A stretch of DNA of 64,000 nucleotides from a virus. Taxonomy: Duplodnaviria > Caudoviricetes. The DNA lies in the IMG/VR virus record IMGVR_UViG_3300030708_003106, positions 1 to 64,000 of that record. One strand, written 5' to 3'. The translations under genes were made by a program, and so were the position numbers. The notes below the pieces were generated by a model that was not told the origin of the DNA, ran no database searches, and worked only from the letters and a program-made list of their open reading frames with translations. The first letter of the stretch is position 1. Every line of letters begins with the position of its first letter. Positions 11,806 to 20,640 of the stretch are shown here, piece by piece.

Positions 11806-13949
11806 TGCCTATTATCGCGTCTGCTACTTCTGGAAATGCTGCTGGTAGAACACCACCAAGTCCTACTTTTGATGTAGTTGCATCTAGAACCTCTTTAGAT
11901 GAAACAACAGATCAAACAGTAACTTTTAATGTTACAACTACTAACCTTTTAGATGGAACTGTACTATATTACACATTGACTGGAGTGAATGTAAATCAAT
12001 TTGATTTCACCTCAAACTCCACATTTGGTAATTTTACCATTAATAATGATGCAGGATCTTTTTCATTTACAACTACAGAAGATTATTTTACCGAAGGATT
12101 TGAAACCGTTACAATTTCTCTTCGCAGGGGAAGTATTACCGGTCAAATTGTAGATCAAAAAACTGTTGTAATATCTGATTCATCTCAAGATCCAACTTAT
12201 ACTGTCACGCCTTCTTCTACATCAGTAGATGAGGGAAGTTCTTTTACATTTGATGTCACTACCGATAAACCAATACCTGGTTTAGTATACTACACACTTG
12301 ATGGCAGTGGTGCTCTTGGTGCTAATCTTGATGATGATGATTTTGTAACAGTGTCATATGGAATAGTTTCTCTTGATGGAGCAAGTGGGGGAGGTGTTGC
12401 GTCATCAACAACAACTATTAATATAGAGCCTGATTATATCACAGAAGGCACAGAATTATTTGTAATTAATATCAGATCTGGAGGATACACTGGAGGAATA
12501 TATACAACTTCGGAAAGTATTCAAATTAATGATACAGCAGATTATCCAGAAGTTGAAATCTTACCAAGTGCTCCATCTGTAGATGAAGGAAGTAATATAG
12601 ATTTCACATTTACCACAACTGGTGCTCCAATTGGATATACCGTATATTATGCCGTATCTGGAGTTTCAACTGCTGCAGATTTTGATACATCTATGTCAGG
12701 TTCATTTACAATTGATGCTTCTGGAACAAACGTAGTTACATTAACACCAACTCTAGATCAACTTACAGAAGGAAGTGAAACATTTAGTCTTGTAGCTAGA
12801 ACTGGTGCGGCGGCAACTTCATATGTTTTGGGCACTCAATTTGCCCCAACTACGATTAATGATACATCCGTAGATCCAACATATACATGGACTAATGTGC
12901 CATCTTCAATTAATGAGGGATCTCATTTTAGTTTTGGAGTTACTACAACCGATATATTCGATGGAACCGTTTTATATTGGAAAATTATAATGCCTAGTCA
13001 AGCCGCAGACTTTGATGCAATGAATGGATCAGTAACAATTAATAATAATACTGGTACTGTTACTATTCGAGCGACGGATGATCAAACTACTGAAGGTTCC
13101 GAGACATTTTATATGTCACTCTATACAGATTCTTCATTGGATGAACAATATAATGTTGCAAATTCTGCATCTGTAACTATCACTGACATTTCTCAAAATC
13201 CAACTTATAATATAATATCACCATTCTCAACACCAGAAAATGCAGTAGCTATTTCAACTATTAATACTACAGATGTGTTTGATGGAACTACTTTGTATTG
13301 GGAAGTTGCATCTAACACTGGAGCAACATCTGCAGACTTTTCTTCGCCAACTGGTTCTTCTATTGTATCTGTTGCTGATACTTCCATTTTAGGAATTCCA
13401 GGTACAACAACTGTCAGCGTTTCTATTGCACAAGATAATGATAATAATGAATGGGAAGATTATTTTGTTAAAGTATATACCGATTCCGCAAGAACTAATC
13501 TAGTCGCTACTGGTTCAACTATAGGTATTTCTGAACCACAATTTTCCTGGATAAATGCACCAGGATTTGCTGTATATGAAGGAACCACATATGATTTCGA
13601 CTTTAACGCACCAGTTGCAGATGGAACTGTTGTTTACTTCCAAATTAGAAACAGAAGTGAAGAAGGTAGTAGTTATGGAAACTCTTATGATGCTGACTGG
13701 GATCAACCAGATCCTGGACCCGCACCTGGGCAAACTTTCTATCTCAACAACTTGGATGGAGAAATAGTTGTATCAGGTGGAGTCGGAACATGCAGAATTA
13801 AACCAAAGTCTGATTCATCTGAACCAACATGGTTTTATGGTACTGAATATTATCGTCTTGTAATTTGGGATACTAATTCTGGATCAAATTTTAGTCCCTC
13901 ATTCTCTGGTATGGTTCTTGATGGTGGTAAAAAACGAATCTACGATTAA
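11805..13949 (+). CDS. Repeat protein with 5-6 Calx-beta/Ig-like units
   Basis: Recurring S-x-D-E-G...DGTVLY...DF...D-x-x-TEG-x-ETF units of about 110 aa. Confidence 0.7.
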   Translation: MPIIASATSGNAAGRTPPSPTFDVVASRTSLDETTDQTVTFNVTTTNLLDGTVLYYTLTGVNVNQFDFTSNSTFGNFTINNDAGSFSFTTTEDYFTEGFETVTISLRRGSITGQIVDQKTVVISDSSQDPTYTVTPSSTSVDEGSSFTFDVTTDKPIPGLVYYTLDGSGALGANLDDDDFVTVSYGIVSLDGASGGGVASSTTTINIEPDYITEGTELFVINIRSGGYTGGIYTTSESIQINDTADYPEVEILPSAPSVDEGSNIDFTFTTTGAPIGYTVYYAVSGVSTAADFDTSMSGSFTIDASGTNVVTLTPTLDQLTEGSETFSLVARTGAAATSYVLGTQFAPTTINDTSVDPTYTWTNVPSSINEGSHFSFGVTTTDIFDGTVLYWKIIMPSQAADFDAMNGSVTINNNTGTVTIRATDDQTTEGSETFYMSLYTDSSLDEQYNVANSASVTITDISQNPTYNIISPFSTPENAVAISTINTTDVFDGTTLYWEVASNTGATSADFSSPTGSSIVSVADTSILGIPGTTTVSVSIAQDNDNNEWEDYFVKVYTDSARTNLVATGSTIGISEPQFSWINAPGFAVYEGTTYDFDFNAPVADGTVVYFQIRNRSEEGSSYGNSYDADWDQPDPGPAPGQTFYLNNLDGEIVVSGGVGTCRIKPKSDSSEPTWFYGTEYYRLVIWDTNSGSNFSPSFSGMVLDGGKKRIYD

Positions 13950-13964
13950 TAATAGTAAAAACCA

Positions 13965-13972
13965 TATAAATA
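13965..13972 (+). promoter_or_regulatory. T4-type late promoter TATAAATA
   Basis: Exact consensus, intergenic. Confidence 0.75.
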
Positions 13973-13990
13973 CAAAAAAGTATTGAAATA

Positions 13991-14686
13991 ATGGGACTTA
14001 ATTTTCCAGATAATCCAGGAATAGGAACAGTATTTTTTACTGGTGAATTCTTTTATCGCTGGGATGGAACCAAGTGGAGAAGTTTTTATGAAGGTTCTTC
14101 ACGAGACATTAAAAAAGTTGATACTATCGCTCATTTATTTGATGGAAATAGAACTACTTTCCCTATTAATATAAATGGATCTCCTGGATTTCCTGGACAA
14201 CCAGAGAAGTATCTATTAAATGTTGGTGGCATCACTCAAGAACCATATTCAGCATATTCAATCAGTGAGACACATCCAGCAGAAGTCACTTTTGTAATTC
14301 CACCAAAAAGTGGTCTTACTTTTCATGGATTAAGTTTACAGGGGACATCTCCAAATAGAACCGATACAGTTCTTGATGGCGCTGTCACACCATCAAAAAT
14401 CAGTACTGGCGGACCTTCTTGGAGTGGTCTTGGAACCGTTAATGCGGTTACTTTTTCTGGACTTGGAAATAGATTAACGGGGGTTAGTTCTCAGTTTAAT
14501 GCTGCTGTTGGAATTTCATCTGCAGGTAGTTTTGTTGGCATTGCAACTCAATTAAACTTTATCGGTGCAGGAAATACGTTTGCATTTAGATCGAACGCTC
14601 TTGGTGATGCTACTATTGATATTAGTATTGCTGGAGGTGGCGGTGGTGGTGCTTCAGGAGATATTACTGGTTCATTGTTCTTTTAA
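13991..14686 (+). CDS. Tail-fibre-associated structural protein
   Basis: LNFP...Y-x-WDG-x-KW N-terminal motif and a TQLNFIGAG unit. Confidence 0.65.
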   Translation: MGLNFPDNPGIGTVFFTGEFFYRWDGTKWRSFYEGSSRDIKKVDTIAHLFDGNRTTFPININGSPGFPGQPEKYLLNVGGITQEPYSAYSISETHPAEVTFVIPPKSGLTFHGLSLQGTSPNRTDTVLDGAVTPSKISTGGPSWSGLGTVNAVTFSGLGNRLTGVSSQFNAAVGISSAGSFVGIATQLNFIGAGNTFAFRSNALGDATIDISIAGGGGGGASGDITGSLFF

Positions 14687-14714
14687 TAAATAATAAAAAA
14701 ACTTAGAAAATAAG

Positions 14715-15110
14715 ATGACTCTTCAAAAGACAAAACTGAGTGATGTAATTTCAGTGACAGGAGTCACGACTGTTGGTATTTTTACTGTGGGTCAATCAGT
14801 AACTCCTGTTGGCGTAACGAGTACAAGTTATGTCAAAGGAATTGTAATGCATAATATCGGAATTGGTTCTGTTGTCAGTTCTCTTTACTTTTATCCCACT
14901 GGTGAAAACGTACTTAGTCATGCAAATACTGCTTTTAGAATGGCAAGAGTTGATCTCGCTGAAAGTGAAACATTTTTCTATGAAACAAACTATCCAATTA
15001 CAATGACGGGTAGTGATCGAATAGTTGTAGAGATTTTACCTTCAACTAACGGAGGATCTGGAATCGGAACCGTTGTTAATTTCCAAATTCTTGGCGATAC
15101 AGACATCTAA
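14715..15110 (+). CDS. Small structural protein (about 110-aa fibre-associated module)
   Basis: ORF track; similar to 27353..27685; preceded by AATAAATA at 14685. Confidence 0.65.
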   Translation: MTLQKTKLSDVISVTGVTTVGIFTVGQSVTPVGVTSTSYVKGIVMHNIGIGSVVSSLYFYPTGENVLSHANTAFRMARVDLAESETFFYETNYPITMTGSDRIVVEILPSTNGGSGIGTVVNFQILGDTDI

Positions 15111-15112
15111 AT

Positions 15113-15847
15113 ATGGGCGTAAGAAGTTTTAGAACTGGAACAGGTCAGAAAAAAAATGCTACTGAAAAAGGTATTTACAGAGGTCGCGCTGAATCTTTTC
15201 TTTCAACAAGAAGAACTGGTTTAGCCTCAGTGGTATCCGGCGGCGGTGGTGCATACCAACTAAGAATTCCTTATCATGCATATGGCGTAAATATAGGGTC
15301 TTTTGCGATGGCATATGCTCCAGATTTCTCTACTGCTCCTACTACTATAGAATTTAGTAAAGATGGAGGAAGTCTTATTACCTCCTTTAGTGGACAGCAA
15401 CAGAGCACTAGCGCAGCTGCATGGGGAGAACTTTTAGTTGAATTGCCAGATGATGGAGTAGTTTATTTCTATTACACGTCTGGAAGTGGATATAGGGGCG
15501 ATTTTGCACTAGACGACATAGATATAGAAGATCCTAGAACTTCAACTGTTTTATCTACAATCGACATTGGCGATTCTAATTTTGAAAGAGGTGGTAGTGG
15601 ACAAACTCAGCCTCTAGACCATAATGGAACGTTCCAGGTAGTAAACACAGGCATTAATAATACTATACAAGGTCTCTGGAATTTAGGTAGTAATGGAACA
15701 CCGAGTGGTAATACGGGTCCAACTACTGATCACAATGGACTGCTGTACGGACTTTTCATATTTACTGAAGTTTCAGGAAGTGGAAACACTCCCAATAAAG
15801 TCTATAGTCTAAGAACAACAAATTTAATTTCTGAGTATATTTCATAG
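15113..15847 (+). CDS. MAM-like domain protein (apparently circularly permuted)
   Basis: YHAYG, GDFALDDI and TPSGNTGPTTDH...FIFTEVSG motifs. Confidence 0.6.
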   Translation: MGVRSFRTGTGQKKNATEKGIYRGRAESFLSTRRTGLASVVSGGGGAYQLRIPYHAYGVNIGSFAMAYAPDFSTAPTTIEFSKDGGSLITSFSGQQQSTSAAAWGELLVELPDDGVVYFYYTSGSGYRGDFALDDIDIEDPRTSTVLSTIDIGDSNFERGGSGQTQPLDHNGTFQVVNTGINNTIQGLWNLGSNGTPSGNTGPTTDHNGLLYGLFIFTEVSGSGNTPNKVYSLRTTNLISEYIS

Positions 15848-15848
15848 T

Positions 15849-15856
15849 TATAAATA
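15849..15856 (+). promoter_or_regulatory. T4-type late promoter TATAAATA
   Basis: Exact consensus, intergenic. Confidence 0.75.
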
Positions 15857-15879
15857 TAAAAAAGATCCATTGAAATATA

Positions 15880-17442
15880 ATGTCGGAGCAACAAACAAAG
15901 GCCCAATTAATTAGTACAAATATTTTAAGCGGTGCTCGATTTGCTGGTGTTGTAACTGCAACGGAAGGGATAGATGGCGGCAGTGGAGCAGTCTCTGGTG
16001 CCGATGCAAATTTTACTGGTGATCTTGGAGTATCTGGTGATGCAAGTATATCGGGTGTTGTAACTGCTCAATCATTCAGTGGTGAAGGTTCTGCTCTCAC
16101 TGGATTTACAACTACCTTTATAACAGCAGTTGGTGTTCAGTCAGAAGGAACATCTATTGGTGCTGGTATAACTCAATTAAATTTTGTTGGATCTGGAAAT
16201 ACATTTTCAGTTGATGGAAGCACTGTAAATATTGGCATTAGAGGAAAAGGAGTTGGTATTCAGTCTGGTGGAGTATTAATTGGTACTGGTGTCACTCAAT
16301 TTAATTTCCTTGGAGTTGGTAATAGTTTTGCAATCGTAAATGATACAGTAGAAATAACTGTCGGCGGTTCTGGTCAGCAATCAGGAGATTTTAATTCTGG
16401 AATTTCTAGTAGCGTTAGAGAAGTACTTACTGGAGTTGGTGCTACTATTTTTACAGCTCCTGCTACTCCAGTTAGCGCTAGATATGTTGTTCGTTCTATA
16501 ATGGCAAGTAACGTTGCTGCCGGAACTACAGAAGTAAATATTATTGGTGCTATAGATTACGAAGCTGCTTCTGGTATAGGATCAACAGATAGAAGTTATT
16601 TTGCATATAACGTACCAATTTCGGCAGGAGGTGCTGTAGAAGTTTTACCACAACCAATTGTACTAGGTCCATCGGATAAAGTTTTGATGAGATCGACAGA
16701 TTATACTAGATCTGGAATTAGTACGATTGTTGATGTTCATATGACGATTGAACAACAAGATGATAGTAATTATTTTGGATTTGGACTTGGAGATACTAGT
16801 TTAGCAACGTCAAATCAAACAAAAACTGTCTATACCTCAACAGATCAACCAACTGTATTGCAGTCCATTCGTGCATGTAATAAAACTAATACTGGACCAC
16901 ATTTGATCTCAGTATATACACAAACAGCTCAGCAAACATTCAATATAGTAAGTATCGCAGCTTCAACTACAAATTTAGATTATTATTTTACAGGAAGTGA
17001 TCGTAATGGCACACTAACTGATAATACTGATACTTCTTTTGATGTAAATCAAGGTGATATTCTTAGGTTTGATGTAAGCGAAACTTATTCTAGCCACCCA
17101 TTTTCAATTGTTGATGCATTCGGTGGTGCAGGATTTACGACAGGAGTTACTGGAGCAGGAACATCAATAGTAAGTTGGGATACAACTAATATAACTCCAG
17201 GAACATACAGATATGAGTGTGCAAATCATCCAAATGATATGCGCGGATTCATTTATGTTGCCGCCCAAGCAGAAAATGAAAAACCAAAATATATTGTTAA
17301 AAATTTAATTATTCCAAAATATGCTGTAGTAGAACTTCTTGAACAACCAAAGAGATTAGAAGCAAATATGAGATTAGGTGTAGGAAACTCTACAGGACAA
17401 TCAATACATCTTCAAGTTTCTGGCATCCTAGTATCGGAGTAA
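15880..17442 (+). CDS. Virion structural protein with an inserted cupredoxin-like domain
   Basis: SHPF...PGTYRYECANHPNDMRG; two TQ-x-NF-x-G units. Confidence 0.65.
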   Translation: MSEQQTKAQLISTNILSGARFAGVVTATEGIDGGSGAVSGADANFTGDLGVSGDASISGVVTAQSFSGEGSALTGFTTTFITAVGVQSEGTSIGAGITQLNFVGSGNTFSVDGSTVNIGIRGKGVGIQSGGVLIGTGVTQFNFLGVGNSFAIVNDTVEITVGGSGQQSGDFNSGISSSVREVLTGVGATIFTAPATPVSARYVVRSIMASNVAAGTTEVNIIGAIDYEAASGIGSTDRSYFAYNVPISAGGAVEVLPQPIVLGPSDKVLMRSTDYTRSGISTIVDVHMTIEQQDDSNYFGFGLGDTSLATSNQTKTVYTSTDQPTVLQSIRACNKTNTGPHLISVYTQTAQQTFNIVSIAASTTNLDYYFTGSDRNGTLTDNTDTSFDVNQGDILRFDVSETYSSHPFSIVDAFGGAGFTTGVTGAGTSIVSWDTTNITPGTYRYECANHPNDMRGFIYVAAQAENEKPKYIVKNLIIPKYAVVELLEQPKRLEANMRLGVGNSTGQSIHLQVSGILVSE

Positions 17443-17445
17443 AAT

Positions 17446-19002
17446 ATGGCAAGGGGTATATTCACATTATCTAAAGTAAAAACAAAAAAGATAAAAGATG
17501 AATGGGAAGATCCTAATAATGTTTGGATTTTTCCTGATGGTGGTGGACCCGAATTCAAATTTATTGATGGTACAGTAACTCCTGCTCCTCCTGCCACTTC
17601 TTTGGGTCCATCTTATGATAGAGTAGGTTTTAACGATCTTCGTTATGAATTTCACACTAGTGGACTATTAAGAGGAATATGTTCTACTGATGATCTTATT
17701 TTTTTCGCCACTAGAAGTAATACTGATAGTATTCTAATATATAAAAGAGAAAACCTATTTGTTTGGGATTCCACCAACAACCGTCCTACAATTTCAATAA
17801 ATCCTGATGATTATCCCCCAGGTGGTTTAAGAAAAATAAGTCATGCTGGTGCTGCAGATGATCAGTGGTGGGGTACTTATTTAACAGTTGATGATGTTAA
17901 TGAGAAAATTTGTATTGGTAGTACCACTGGAGCTCATTTGTATAATTATGATGGAACCGGATATGTCAATATAGATAAAGCAGCCACAACTCCTGGAGAC
18001 AATACGCCTTCAGCAGATGGTGGAATTGCTGAGAGCTTTGGACTATATTCTGCTTGCGGAAATGGTAAGGTTGTAATTGGCAATCCATATGAACACAAAT
18101 CATGGAACGCGGGGAGTCTGGGTGGATACAGTGGGAACTGGCCCGACCACGGAGCAGTATATGTTTATAATTTAGATGGAACTGGTGAATTTAAAATACA
18201 ACCCACTTATACTGGACTTGCCATAGATGGCATCATACAGAATCTAGATAATGATCGTGGCACTAACATAAGATTTGGAATCTCTGTAGCTATAGATTCT
18301 AATCGCATTATAGTTGGAGCTGAGGGAATGAACGTACATTCTAGTTCCAATGCCCCAGGGAATAATGGTGCAATTTGGACATATAAACTTGATGGTACTA
18401 ACGAAACGCTTCATTATGGTGAAGATCTTCTTTCAGAGATTGCTGGATGGTCGGGCGCAAAAACCTTTGGTAATTTCACTGGATCTTGGCTTGCTGCAAA
18501 ACATGGAAAAATAATAACAGGAAGTGGATTAGACGATCAACACGGAGAAGGTCAGGGATATGGTGGTAGTGATAGAGACAACACTGGTGTCGTTTATATA
18601 ATAGATGTTCCTAGTCAGACTAGTACAGGAGCTAGTACGATGACAAATATCTTTAGGGATTTTCCCGGCGAGGATGATTTCTTTGGAGTAAAAACGAATA
18701 TTGGCAAAACGGTTTTAAGTTCTGGTATTACTACTACAATGTTTGTGTCTATGGCTCCGTGGGACCGTGAAATTTATTACCACCAACAGGGAGAGAATAA
18801 CTTAAGTAATTCCATATACAATAGTGTCCTGTCTAGCCAGATCACAACCTTTGTTCCCGTTGAGATCTATCTACCACCATTAGATATATCAGACTTTCAT
18901 ATAATAACAGGTCAAAATCATTTGTCTACTGCCACCACCGCTTATGCTAGTAGAATGTACAACGGATCTTCACAAATAATGGATGCTCCTCCCCTTCTCT
19001 AA
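17446..19002 (+). CDS. Propeller-like (FG-GAP-like) putative receptor-binding protein, paralogue 1
   Basis: FG...VVIG-x-P...GAVYVYNLDGT blades; shared N-terminal WIFPDGGG motif. Confidence 0.65.
   Translation: MARGIFTLSKVKTKKIKDEWEDPNNVWIFPDGGGPEFKFIDGTVTPAPPATSLGPSYDRVGFNDLRYEFHTSGLLRGICSTDDLIFFATRSNTDSILIYKRENLFVWDSTNNRPTISINPDDYPPGGLRKISHAGAADDQWWGTYLTVDDVNEKICIGSTTGAHLYNYDGTGYVNIDKAATTPGDNTPSADGGIAESFGLYSACGNGKVVIGNPYEHKSWNAGSLGGYSGNWPDHGAVYVYNLDGTGEFKIQPTYTGLAIDGIIQNLDNDRGTNIRFGISVAIDSNRIIVGAEGMNVHSSSNAPGNNGAIWTYKLDGTNETLHYGEDLLSEIAGWSGAKTFGNFTGSWLAAKHGKIITGSGLDDQHGEGQGYGGSDRDNTGVVYIIDVPSQTSTGASTMTNIFRDFPGEDDFFGVKTNIGKTVLSSGITTTMFVSMAPWDREIYYHQQGENNLSNSIYNSVLSSQITTFVPVEIYLPPLDISDFHIITGQNHLSTATTAYASRMYNGSSQIMDAPPLL
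17500..17598 (+). repeat. 99-bp N-terminal segment shared by three paralogues (copies at 19087-19185 and 20701-20799)
   Basis: 94/99 identical to 20701-20799 by manual alignment. Confidence 0.9.
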
Positions 19003-19022
19003 ATATATAAAGAATATTCTAT
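18995..19022 (+). repeat. 28-bp direct repeat spanning a stop codon and intergenic region (copy at 20603-20630), contains late-promoter-like CTAAATA
   Basis: TTCTCTAAATATATAAAGAATATTCTAT is identical in both places. Confidence 0.9.
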
Positions 19023-19032
19023 CATAATACAA

Positions 19033-20610
19033 ATGTCAGCAGGAGTATTTACTTTAACTGAAGCTAATGAAAAAGCTGTCGAAAATACCTGGGAATCTGC
19101 AGACAACGTTTGGATTTTTCCTGATGGAGGTGGATCGGAATTTAAGTTTGTTGATGGTACAGTAACTCCTGCACCTGCTGCTACTCCAGATGGTCCGACT
19201 TACATAAAAGTAAATATCAGTGGTAATTACGCTTTTCCTACAGGAACTAGTGCGGGCGGATTTGTACGACCAAAAAGGGTAAGAGGAATATACGCAACTG
19301 CAGAGTTTATCTTTTTAGCTGTTAAAGATAATACTAATAGTATTCTAATATACAACAGAAAAAGTTTCTTGCTTTGGGATGCCGCAGATAATTCAATTGA
19401 GATTTCAACAAATATTAATGATTATCCTCCAGGTGCTTTAAGAAAAATAAGTTATGCTAATGCAGAAACTGACGATGCCTGGGGAGATTGCATAACAGTT
19501 GATTCCACTAATGAAAAGATTTGTGTTAGTAGTACTACTGGAGCTCATTTATGGAATTTTGATGGAACTGGGTATGTAAACATAGACAAAGCGGGTACAG
19601 GAACTGGAGGAATTGCCAATGATTTTGGAAGCATATGTGCATGTGGAGATGGTAAGGTTGTAATTGGAAACCCATTCGAAACTGGTCCAGCTCCAGATAG
19701 CGACACCAAATGTGGAGCAGTGTATGTTTATAATTTAGATGGAACTGGCGAACTTAAAATACAACCTAGTACAAATGCTATTAGAAGAGGTAATAGTATA
19801 ACTTACAATTCACATAATCTTGAATTCGGAAGATCTGTATCTATAGGTAGTAATCGTATCGTAGTTGGAGCTCCAGGAGGTTCGCTGACGTGGATACGTG
19901 GTTATAATGGAGAAGTATTTACATATAAGCTCGATGGTACTGGTGAAACTTGGCACTTTGCTGAAGACCCTGATAATGCAACTTTCAATATTGGAGATGG
20001 TGTTACTTCTATGGATAGAGCTGGTCAAAAGGTTGTTGCAAAAGAAGGAAAAATGCTTTTTGGAGCTGGTATTTGTGATGAACAAGCTTATGGTGGAAGT
20101 TTTTTCAATAATCCTGCCGGTAGTGGAGTAGTTTACTTAAGTGATATTCCTGATCAGACAGCTACAGGAGAATATAGAACACAAACGGTAGGAACTTATA
20201 AGGATTGGTCTACTGATGATCTTCTACAGGGATTTCAGATGTTTGGTGATAGTGTCAACGTTGGACTGTGGCGGCGAACTTCTTCAGGTACGTCAAGAAT
20301 ACAGATGATTCTTGCTCCTGCTCAAGACATCCCCTTCGCCAAAAATCCAACTCTTTACTATAATAAATTTTCATTTTACACTGGAGACTTCTCTTCGACC
20401 TCTGCAACGGGGGCAGAATATCAAGGGAGCAGGTCTGATGGTGATACTAGTAATGTAAGAAAAAATGCACCTTTTGATGCCATAGAAAGACATATTTTAA
20501 TAGGAGATGTTTATGATGCTACAGACACCGATGGAACATTAAGGGCAAGACTGATATCTTATGATCAAGATTATGATTGGCAAATAATGGCATTTCCCCC
20601 TATTCTCTAA
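19033..20610 (+). CDS. Propeller-like putative receptor-binding protein, paralogue 2
   Basis: Collinear similarity to 17446..19002. Confidence 0.65.
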   Translation: MSAGVFTLTEANEKAVENTWESADNVWIFPDGGGSEFKFVDGTVTPAPAATPDGPTYIKVNISGNYAFPTGTSAGGFVRPKRVRGIYATAEFIFLAVKDNTNSILIYNRKSFLLWDAADNSIEISTNINDYPPGALRKISYANAETDDAWGDCITVDSTNEKICVSSTTGAHLWNFDGTGYVNIDKAGTGTGGIANDFGSICACGDGKVVIGNPFETGPAPDSDTKCGAVYVYNLDGTGELKIQPSTNAIRRGNSITYNSHNLEFGRSVSIGSNRIVVGAPGGSLTWIRGYNGEVFTYKLDGTGETWHFAEDPDNATFNIGDGVTSMDRAGQKVVAKEGKMLFGAGICDEQAYGGSFFNNPAGSGVVYLSDIPDQTATGEYRTQTVGTYKDWSTDDLLQGFQMFGDSVNVGLWRRTSSGTSRIQMILAPAQDIPFAKNPTLYYNKFSFYTGDFSSTSATGAEYQGSRSDGDTSNVRKNAPFDAIERHILIGDVYDATDTDGTLRARLISYDQDYDWQIMAFPPIL

Positions 20611-20640
20611 ATATATAAAGAATATTCTATTATAGTATAA

